A stretch of DNA of 64,000 nucleotides. It comes from an uncultured Clostridia bacterium. Its GTDB lineage: Bacteria; Bacillota; Clostridia; Christensenellales; CAG-917. The position numbers and the translations under genes are program-made. How positions within the stretch are numbered: position 1 is the first letter of the stretch; each line of letters begins with the position of its first letter. Under the pieces are notes generated by a model. That model had not been told where the DNA came from. It searched no databases and worked only from the letters and a program-made list of their open reading frames with translations. The DNA lies in the NCBI GenBank assembly GCA_934277615.1, contig CAKQUV010000001.1:121035-185034 (forward strand), read 5' to 3'. Positions 48,284 to 55,878 of this stretch are shown piece after piece.

Positions 48284-50866
48284 TTATTTCTTCCAGAATA
48301 CGCGCGCGACGTTTACGATATCATAATCGTTGTACGTTTCGTCAAGCATAGAAAACGGCACCAGACAATCATGTTCGTTTCTGGCTTTTCCCGCTTTTTT
48401 TGGCGCTTTACGACGCTCTTCAAAATCATCTTCGCTTTCGCCCTCTTGTCTTGAAGGCATTTTTTGATTGAACGTCCAGCCACCGGCAATATACGACCTA
48501 TTCCACCTCTCGTGCTCGAGCTCTGCCAGCAACCGCACCTCGTCGTAAGTATAAGCGCTCGTACAATAGCACTCCCTCATCGCCGCCATAACTTTCATAA
48601 ACAAGGACGCGGACTTGTTCGATTCTCTTTCTGCGAGAGTAACCTCTTTCCATTCCGTTCTCAAACACTCTTTGTCCTCGTTTTGCACAGCCGTATTGAA
48701 ATCGCGCAACAAAGTGTAATACCCACCGTTTTTATCCGGGGTTTCTCTGTTGGGAAAATACTGTTTCATTTCCGGAACTTGATTTTCGAGCTGTTCTCTT
48801 CTGAGGAGCACGTATGCGTGATTGTACTTCATCTGCTCGTCCTCGTCGATGATTTGATTGTACGAGTAAATCTCATCCCTGTTTCCGAAAACGATCACTT
48901 TCAAATTGCCGTATCGTTTGGCGTCGTCATCGCTCCAGTTGATTCTGTCGCGGTTTTTCTTATTGAGGATATTGATTGCAATCGTTTGCAACTTTGCAGG
49001 TCTTGCCGCATTGCGCAGATTGTTGAGTTCGTGTTTGATATCCGCAAGCAAGGCGTTTGCCATCTTGATATTATCCTCGTCTTTCCCGAGGGCAACTATT
49101 ATAAGGTTATATTCCTGCGAGCGCGAATCTGCGCCCGTTCTCGAATCCAGATAATCCAGATAATCCGAGCTGAAACACGACGCATTGTGCATAACCACCA
49201 CAGGCAACTTCATTTGATTTTCGATGTCCTCGAGCGTCGCCGCGCGATCTTTTTTGAAATCCGAGGAAAGATTCATCGTTTTGCCGACTAAGCTATGATA
49301 CGTCGTATCGATTTTCTCTCTACGTTTGTTCCTGATTTGTTCTTCAATCTCGTTTTGACTAAGAACGCCCTTGTCGTCGACGCACACGATCAACGGATGT
49401 TGCAATTCAAAAATACCGCTCACAGAACCTGCGTCTTTATCGAATATGTCGGCTCTGAATTGCGTCGGCATGTGGTAATCGGGCTGTTTGTTGTCTATTT
49501 TAGTCGACATAACATAGGATTGCAACATAGTCCTTTGGCCCGTCGCGCCAAAGCCGACAACCATGACTTTGTACGTCGATTCGCCCGTATCCTGAATCAA
49601 CGAATTCGCGTCCCACTCATTGTTTCTTGCCTCCGCAAACAGTTTTGCGGTTATGTCGGACTCGTTGACAATATGCAAGGAAAACTCATTCTCATTGACG
49701 ACGCCGCGAGGATTGCGCACTTCGATTGCTCCGTTTTCAAGCACGGACGCCTTCTCGCGATTTTTACGGTGAATTCGCGGATTTGCGGATTCTAAGCCGC
49801 TATCTACGCACTTTTTCTTGTAATTGTCGTAATACGTGTAGTTTATATCTCTGTTTGTAAGTATGTAGTAATCGACAAAAACAGGTTTCTTGTTGCATTC
49901 CACGATTTCTCGCGCGACGTTCTCGATTTCGTTAAATACGATTTCCGTATTCACGGTTTCTTCGCCGCTGAAATCCTCGTCGTTATGCATTGCAAAAATA
50001 TGGATTCTGCTGCTTTTTGCCTTGGCTTTGACAACGATTTTTTTGCCTTTTCGTTTATCTTTTTCCTCATCGTTTTGCGGCGGTTTTGTTTCAAAAAACA
50101 CGTTGTCTACATATAGTCCGAGCCTCTTGAGCATGGAAGATTCCTTATCGCCGGTTTTCTTTGAGTAAGACCAGAATATATATCCGTTGGACATAATCTC
50201 TCTGTGCAGCGGATTTTTACGGTCGAAAGACCCGATATCGTCGCCTGCAAAAATCACTTTACTTCTTCTAGGTTTTTCGGGTTTTTGAGCGTCTTTACCT
50301 GCGCCTTTGTCCTCTCGATATGCCTTTAGTGCCTTTTTGTAATTTTCCTTATCTTTGAACCTCTTTTCGTTGATGCTGTTTGCCAAAAGCAACGAATCCT
50401 GCGTTACGGACGTAAACAAATATATATCGGTATTCGTATCCGTTTTCAACCTCAAACGCAGGAAGAACAGCAACACGCCGCTGTACATCTCATAGCTGAT
50501 TCTTGTAAGGATGATACTGAAGAACACAAGCCCCGCAAGCGCCGAACTTCCAGAATACAGCCATTGCACCAGCACTCCGCCCACTTCTCCGGGGGATGAC
50601 AAGCCCTCGAATTCGAGTCCGCCGATGCTCGAATAAATGGAATAAAAGACCGTTGCAAGTCCGTCATCGAACGCGTCCGGTCTGCCCGCCGCAAAAACGG
50701 CAAATTTAACGCCAAAACTAAACGCAAACACAATAGCTATAAAAAACAACTCAACCGCAAACTTTGCGCCGGAAAATCTTTTCCTTGCCGCAATGTATGC
50801 AAACATAATCAAACCATACGCCGTCAATAAAGCTACTGCCCCTATAACTGCTCCGAGTGCCGCCAT
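48284..50866 (-). CDS. TM + Rossmann-like + C-terminal RyR-domain protein (860 aa)
   Basis: About 4 N-terminal hydrophobic helices. The glycine-rich motif is VMVVGFGATGQ. The C-terminus is LAELEHERWNRSYIAGGWTF...EHDCLVPFSMLDETYNDYDI, which fits the bacterial RyR-domain pattern EH-x-RW...GW...H-x-x-LVP(F/Y). It is a full-length paralog of 53320..55803. Confidence 0.65.
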   Translation of the reverse strand: MAALGAVIGAVALLTAYGLIMFAYIAARKRFSGAKFAVELFFIAIVFAFSFGVKFAVFAAGRPDAFDDGLATVFYSIYSSIGGLEFEGLSSPGEVGGVLVQWLYSGSSALAGLVFFSIILTRISYEMYSGVLLFFLRLRLKTDTNTDIYLFTSVTQDSLLLANSINEKRFKDKENYKKALKAYREDKGAGKDAQKPEKPRRSKVIFAGDDIGSFDRKNPLHREIMSNGYIFWSYSKKTGDKESSMLKRLGLYVDNVFFETKPPQNDEEKDKRKGKKIVVKAKAKSSRIHIFAMHNDEDFSGEETVNTEIVFNEIENVAREIVECNKKPVFVDYYILTNRDINYTYYDNYKKKCVDSGLESANPRIHRKNREKASVLENGAIEVRNPRGVVNENEFSLHIVNESDITAKLFAEARNNEWDANSLIQDTGESTYKVMVVGFGATGQRTMLQSYVMSTKIDNKQPDYHMPTQFRADIFDKDAGSVSGIFELQHPLIVCVDDKGVLSQNEIEEQIRNKRREKIDTTYHSLVGKTMNLSSDFKKDRAATLEDIENQMKLPVVVMHNASCFSSDYLDYLDSRTGADSRSQEYNLIIVALGKDEDNIKMANALLADIKHELNNLRNAARPAKLQTIAINILNKKNRDRINWSDDDAKRYGNLKVIVFGNRDEIYSYNQIIDEDEQMKYNHAYVLLRREQLENQVPEMKQYFPNRETPDKNGGYYTLLRDFNTAVQNEDKECLRTEWKEVTLAERESNKSASLFMKVMAAMRECYCTSAYTYDEVRLLAELEHERWNRSYIAGGWTFNQKMPSRQEGESEDDFEERRKAPKKAGKARNEHDCLVPFSMLDETYNDYDIVNVARVFWKK

Positions 50867-50942
50867 AATTTATCCCCTTTTCTTTTGTTTTTCAAAATAG
50901 TGATTTATTACATCTAAACGCGTCTTTTTGCAAAAACGCGGA

Positions 50943-51467
50943 TCATTCCAATATCTTGTCGATAAGCCCGTACCCCAATGCTTCTTTTGCGCTCATCCAC
51001 TTATCTCTTTCGCAATCCGCATGCAGCGTCTCGAGCGATTTGTCCATGTTATCCGCCATAATGGTTTCCAATTCGTTTCTGGATTTCGCCATATCTTCCG
51101 CAATACGTTGCATTGCGGTTTGAGGACGTGGCACTCCTTGCCTAAGCTGCATAAGCGGCTGATGAATAAGCATTCTGCTATGCGGCAAGGCATATCTTTT
51201 GCCCTTCTCTCCGCACGAAAGCAAGAATGCGCCCATGGACGCAGCCATGCCGTAGCATACGGTGGAAACGGGTGCTTTGATGAGCTTTATCGTATCGTAG
51301 ATTGCCAATCCGTAAACTATGCTGCCGCCGTTTGAATTGATATACAAACTTATCTCTTTGTTTTCGTCCTGTCTGTTGAGCTCGAGCAACTGCAAAATGA
51401 CTTTCATTGCGGAATCTTCATCCACCGTTCCGTTCAATAGCACTATACGAGGGTTATTGTTTTTCAT
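50943..51467 (-). CDS. ClpP-family serine protease, N-terminally truncated, catalytic triad intact
   Basis: It aligns by eye to E. coli ClpP from ~residue 30 onward, using my recalled E. coli sequence: YINSNGGS, GMAASMGAFLL (Ser), MLIHQP (His), CERDKWMSAKEALGYGLID (Asp). It lacks the axial-loop segment that contains DIYSRLL. Confidence 0.85.
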   Translation of the reverse strand: MKNNNPRIVLLNGTVDEDSAMKVILQLLELNRQDENKEISLYINSNGGSIVYGLAIYDTIKLIKAPVSTVCYGMAASMGAFLLSCGEKGKRYALPHSRMLIHQPLMQLRQGVPRPQTAMQRIAEDMAKSRNELETIMADNMDKSLETLHADCERDKWMSAKEALGYGLIDKILE

Positions 51468-51482
51468 ATCGTTCTCCTCCTT

Positions 51483-52031
51483 TCACTCGAGTATCTCGTC
51501 GACAATTCCGTATTCCAAAGCCTGTTGTGCGCTTAGGCTCACCCCGACTTCGCAATCTCGGTGTATTTTGTCAAAATCCGTATTCGTCTTTTGAGCAAGC
51601 ATATTCTCAAAAATCTCTCTTTCAAGCTTGACTTCTTTTGCCTCGATTGCAATCTCCGTCTCCTGATTGGCGCCGGATTGCAACATCCCGTACGGCTGCT
51701 CGAAAGAAATCTGACTATGTCTGAGCGCATATCTTTTTCCCTTGGCGCAACACGCAAGCAACAGCGCGCTATACCCGTCCGCCATGCCGACGCACGTCCC
51801 GGATATTGGCGCTTTTATGGTGTTCATCGTATCGATAATCGCCATCATATCCAAGTAACTTCCGCCGCTCGAGCCGATAAACAACTGAATATCTTCCTTC
51901 TCGCTTTTGGCATTGTAATCCATCATCTGAAAAATAATGCTCGCCGCCTTGTCCGAATTGACATATCCGCTCACGACGATAATACGGCTCTCCTCCAGCT
52001 CCTCACCAAGCGACCTAGCCTCTTTTGCCAT
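51483..52031 (-). CDS. ClpP-fold pseudoprotease (all three catalytic residues replaced)
   Basis: RBS aggagg plus M46 of the tracked ORF. In the same hand alignment to recalled E. coli ClpP, GMADGYSALLL puts Gly at the Ser position, ISFEQP puts Glu at the His position, and DCEVGVSLSA puts Gly at the Asp position. The stop lies 15 nt upstream of the active paralog. Confidence 0.75.
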   Translation of the reverse strand: MAKEARSLGEELEESRIIVVSGYVNSDKAASIIFQMMDYNAKSEKEDIQLFIGSSGGSYLDMMAIIDTMNTIKAPISGTCVGMADGYSALLLACCAKGKRYALRHSQISFEQPYGMLQSGANQETEIAIEAKEVKLEREIFENMLAQKTNTDFDKIHRDCEVGVSLSAQQALEYGIVDEILE

Positions 52032-52102
52032 AATCCTTCCTCCTGTTCCATGTGTATGATATTGAACTATATTCATCCTTAAGTTGCGACATTTTATTTG
52101 CA

Positions 52103-53278
52103 TCAATTGTATACATATGGAAGAATTTCTTTTAGACTCTTCAATCTGCGGATAAAATGATGCCAAATTTTATCATTATAAAAATCTGTATTTTTAGGGT
52201 TGATACAAAGAGTTTCAACCATTGTTGTATAAATGAACTCATCATTAAACGAATTCCCTACATATAAAATGTCTTTTGGTGAAACATGTGTCGACTGAAT
52301 AATTTTGTTTACAAATCGCGCTTTCCCCTCAAAGTCATATGGCGTACCTATAATGCCATTTAACATTCCCTGATCATCAAAAGTAAATCGATTCGCTTTA
52401 ATCTCTGTAAAACAATCTACAAGTTCTTTCCCCAATACGCATTCCACATATTGTTTAATTGATCCAGATACATTGTATAATTTTATTCCCTTGGATTTTA
52501 ATTCCATTATCACTTCTCTGGCATCATCAACGAGTTGTGCTCTTTGAGCCACTTCTTTTATATGATGTTTGTTGCACCCCACTTTTATGAACATTTTTTC
52601 TGTTATTTCACACCATTCATCATGAGAAATTTCATTATTGCTGAATTGCTTGTGATATTTTTCGCATTCACTAACATCATAACCCAAGATAGTCCACATC
52701 AGTTCCCATGTATTAGAATCTACACGCGGTTTAGTAAGTGTTCCATCGAAATCAAATACCACTATCTTTTTATTAACATGTTGAGAAACCAATTCGCTAA
52801 ATATAAGTTCTATAACTTGGCTTTTATATTGAAACACATACGGAACCGGTGGCGAGCCAATAATTCTTTTCATTGCATCTTCTCCCCAAAGAGCAGATAC
52901 TATATCTTGGTTAACCATACCATTTGTTTCGTTTTCCCATGCAAAATCTGGAAAAATCACGGGAATAAACTTTACATTTTTATTTTTTAACACCTCATCC
53001 ATCTCAATCCTTGTAACCGAATTGAGATTTGGTGTGCCATTGACAATAAACCCCTCAAAAAAATTTTTTGTTAATAGCATAATGAAATTTTCTACATTAC
53101 CCAAATATTTTTGAGGATCTAGTAAAAAATTCCTCATTTCGCTCGCATAAATTTTTTCTGGAGAATAGTAAGTTGCACCTACTTCTTCACTTTTTTGACT
53201 CATCGCAACATAGATCTCATTTGCGATTTGAATTCCTGCAGATGAGCCTCCCCGATAGCAAATAAAATTTCTATACAT
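52103..53278 (-). CDS. TIR domain fused to HAD-superfamily (PSP-like) phosphatase
   Basis: N-terminus is MYRNFICYRGGSSAG...FIMLLTKNFFEG...RIEMDEVL (TIR-like). C-terminal HAD motifs are VVFDFDGTLTK (I), VSGS (II), K-x (III) and VGNSFNDE (IV). The gene is AT-rich. Confidence 0.75.
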   Translation of the reverse strand: MYRNFICYRGGSSAGIQIANEIYVAMSQKSEEVGATYYSPEKIYASEMRNFLLDPQKYLGNVENFIMLLTKNFFEGFIVNGTPNLNSVTRIEMDEVLKNKNVKFIPVIFPDFAWENETNGMVNQDIVSALWGEDAMKRIIGSPPVPYVFQYKSQVIELIFSELVSQHVNKKIVVFDFDGTLTKPRVDSNTWELMWTILGYDVSECEKYHKQFSNNEISHDEWCEITEKMFIKVGCNKHHIKEVAQRAQLVDDAREVIMELKSKGIKLYNVSGSIKQYVECVLGKELVDCFTEIKANRFTFDDQGMLNGIIGTPYDFEGKARFVNKIIQSTHVSPKDILYVGNSFNDEFIYTTMVETLCINPKNTDFYNDKIWHHFIRRLKSLKEILPYVYN

Positions 53279-53319
53279 TATCGTTTCCTCTTTGCCAATG
53301 GCGCACATGCTCTGTGCGC

Positions 53320-55803
53320 TTAAGCCTTTCTTTTGTGCGTTTTCTTCTTCTTGCCTGCGCTTTCGCCTTTATTCTCGGCGTTTTTAGCCTCTGCGTTTTG
53401 ATTTTCGGCGTTTTGGCTTTCTGCGCCTTTTTTCTCTGCTTCTATTTCCTTTTCGCTCTTCCTTTTCACGATCATGTACCCGTTTTGATTGAGTAACCAC
53501 ACCAAATCGTCCATAATCTGATAATCGTATTTGATAACGTCAGTCTTTTCTTCGCTGCAGTTATCTTTCTTAGCCATAATCTTGCGGAATTCCACAAGCC
53601 CCTCGAACGTGGTAACGTTTCCGTGCCGTCTGAGCGCGAGATTTTTGGAATCGCCATTCTCGATTTGCTCGATAGTTGACGGAATAACGCCGTTGGATAT
53701 CATATAAGCGTTCCATCTTTGATGTTCGAGGATGGCCATAGCCTGTCTTTTACTGCCATTCACAAAGTCTATGGTATATTTGACAGGGAGTTTGCCTTTG
53801 ATACCGTCTCTTTCCTTGCCGTAGACAATGGGATCGCCCTCTTCGTATTTCTTTTCATACTCGGCGCAAGTGTCTTTTTCGTCATTGGTTCTCGGTATAT
53901 AGTCATAGCCCAAAAGATTGAGCTTTTCTCTTATGCACATACACACGTACACGTTGTTATCTCGCTGTATCTGCGATTGCGCATACCAACTCTTAAGAGC
54001 GTCTCTCTTCACGTCCTCTTCGTATTCATACTTGGTATCGCCGACAAAAAGCCGTCCGTCCGTGGGCTTTTCCGCCTCGGAAGAGTTGATTGCCGCAACC
54101 ATCGCCGCCGCCTTTTCCTTGTCCGCCTCATACCATTTCTTTATGTAATCCAAAAGCGTCATTTTCCCGTCTTTGACGGCTTGTCTGTCTTTTGCGATGT
54201 CCACTTTCTTGTACTTCGCGTCCTCGAGTTGATACGTCATGTGTTTATCTCTTGCCATCATCTCCTGATTTTCATCCACGATTTGAGAGAGATTGTACAC
54301 AAGGTTCCTCTCTATGCCGAAAGTGATAAATTCTTCTTTTAGTTTTGCTTCTTTGAATGTCGTTATGGTGTCTTTGATACCGTTAGACAACTTGTCGCTT
54401 CTTATCTTCACAAACACTTTGGTCTTATCGTACAAGCCCCATTCTTTGAGTTTTGCGACGATTTTTTCTACCATATCAAGGTTTGCCATATCCGAGCCGA
54501 ACGCGATTATCACGTAATTGAACGCACCCTCAACGTCAATATCTCTCTTTACCGATTCATAAAATCCTGCATCGTTCACGTCGAGTTTTTGACGGAAAAC
54601 AATGTTTGCGGGCTTTGGAGGCAACGGCAAGTATTTGCTCTTATCTGCCCTATCGAGCACCTCGTTTTCATACCTGAAATATGTGTGATTGAGGTTTTTA
54701 TCGTTCTCTGCGTCGCGCTTGTCGTAAACGTAATAGTTCACGTCTTTTTGCACGAGTTTTCCGTCTTTTTTCGTCAAGAATTGATTGTTGGCAACAGACG
54801 TAAGGAACACTTGTTGGCTTGTTTTGCCAAAGCCGATCATCACCACGTTCATGTTCACGTCCGATCTTATCGTGGCGCTATCGTAGTCTATCTGCTCTTC
54901 CGTCATATACCTTGTAAGCGGATAATTGCTCACAAAATCTCTGGCAATCAACTTGTACTTGTTGATGTAATGCACGCATCCCTTAGTAAGTTCCACATAT
55001 TGCAGATACGACGTCATGTTTTCGGGCTCGCCGAACACGTAGACGTTGACGCCTCTTTTTTCGTCTATTACGAAATCCGACAATTTCATCTCTTCTATGG
55101 TTTTGCTCACCTGCTGCACGTATATGAGATTCTGAGATTCGTCCTCGGTGTTGATTATCACGTTGATTTGCTTTTTGGTGAAGTCCTTAAAAGTCTTTAT
55201 CAGCGTTTTGTCAAGGTCGTCGCCCTTCTCAAATTTGATATGAGCAACCTTTTGCGCATAGCAGAAGTCCAGTATCTCATCCGTGCTTTCCGAAAGCAGC
55301 ACCACGTCCGTTTTTTCGTCTGCGGACTTGATTATGTCAACGTTATGCTCGTTGTATCCGACTACCACAAAAACCTTTTTGCTTCCCTTCGTCATCTTGA
55401 CCTTTTCGGCAAAGTTGAACATTTTTCTGTGGAATATCGTAACGGCAAATAAGATTGCGTTGAGCGTTACGAGAACAAAGCAGATGTCCATCACCGCGCG
55501 ATAGAACACGTTGTCCGCCATAAGTGCGGACACCATACTGTAGTTATAGCTCAAGACGACCAGCTCGATAGTCGCTTTTACAGAGCGCAACAGCGACTCC
55601 CAAATCGACGCGCCCGAATAGGCGATGCCCATCCAATACATGGGTATTGCCACTATATAAATCAAAGCAAACTGACCTTTTTTAAATCCCTTCAAAAACT
55701 TCAGTTTTTCTTCTCTGTTCAACAAGAACAGCCTTACGATGACGCCGACGACGATTGCCAGCATACATACAAGACACAGTGCTATAACAACGTTCATAAA
55801 CAC
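53320..55803 (-). CDS. TM + Rossmann-like + C-terminal RyR-domain protein (827 aa), paralog of 48284..50866
   Basis: N-terminal TMs. VVMIGFGKTSQQ corresponds to VMVVGFGATGQR. FNYVIIAFGSDMANLDM corresponds to YNLIIVALGKDEDNIKM. The C-terminus is AILEHQRWNAYMISNG...HGNVTTFEGL...YDYQIMDDL, followed by a lysine/glutamate-rich tail. Confidence 0.65.
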   Translation of the reverse strand: MFMNVVIALCLVCMLAIVVGVIVRLFLLNREEKLKFLKGFKKGQFALIYIVAIPMYWMGIAYSGASIWESLLRSVKATIELVVLSYNYSMVSALMADNVFYRAVMDICFVLVTLNAILFAVTIFHRKMFNFAEKVKMTKGSKKVFVVVGYNEHNVDIIKSADEKTDVVLLSESTDEILDFCYAQKVAHIKFEKGDDLDKTLIKTFKDFTKKQINVIINTEDESQNLIYVQQVSKTIEEMKLSDFVIDEKRGVNVYVFGEPENMTSYLQYVELTKGCVHYINKYKLIARDFVSNYPLTRYMTEEQIDYDSATIRSDVNMNVVMIGFGKTSQQVFLTSVANNQFLTKKDGKLVQKDVNYYVYDKRDAENDKNLNHTYFRYENEVLDRADKSKYLPLPPKPANIVFRQKLDVNDAGFYESVKRDIDVEGAFNYVIIAFGSDMANLDMVEKIVAKLKEWGLYDKTKVFVKIRSDKLSNGIKDTITTFKEAKLKEEFITFGIERNLVYNLSQIVDENQEMMARDKHMTYQLEDAKYKKVDIAKDRQAVKDGKMTLLDYIKKWYEADKEKAAAMVAAINSSEAEKPTDGRLFVGDTKYEYEEDVKRDALKSWYAQSQIQRDNNVYVCMCIREKLNLLGYDYIPRTNDEKDTCAEYEKKYEEGDPIVYGKERDGIKGKLPVKYTIDFVNGSKRQAMAILEHQRWNAYMISNGVIPSTIEQIENGDSKNLALRRHGNVTTFEGLVEFRKIMAKKDNCSEEKTDVIKYDYQIMDDLVWLLNQNGYMIVKRKSEKEIEAEKKGAESQNAENQNAEAKNAENKGESAGKKKKTHKRKA

Positions 55804-55878
55804 TCCTCGCTATACGGATATACTTAATAGTATTATAATATCATACTTAATGTAGTTTTCATAGTATAACTTTGCGAT

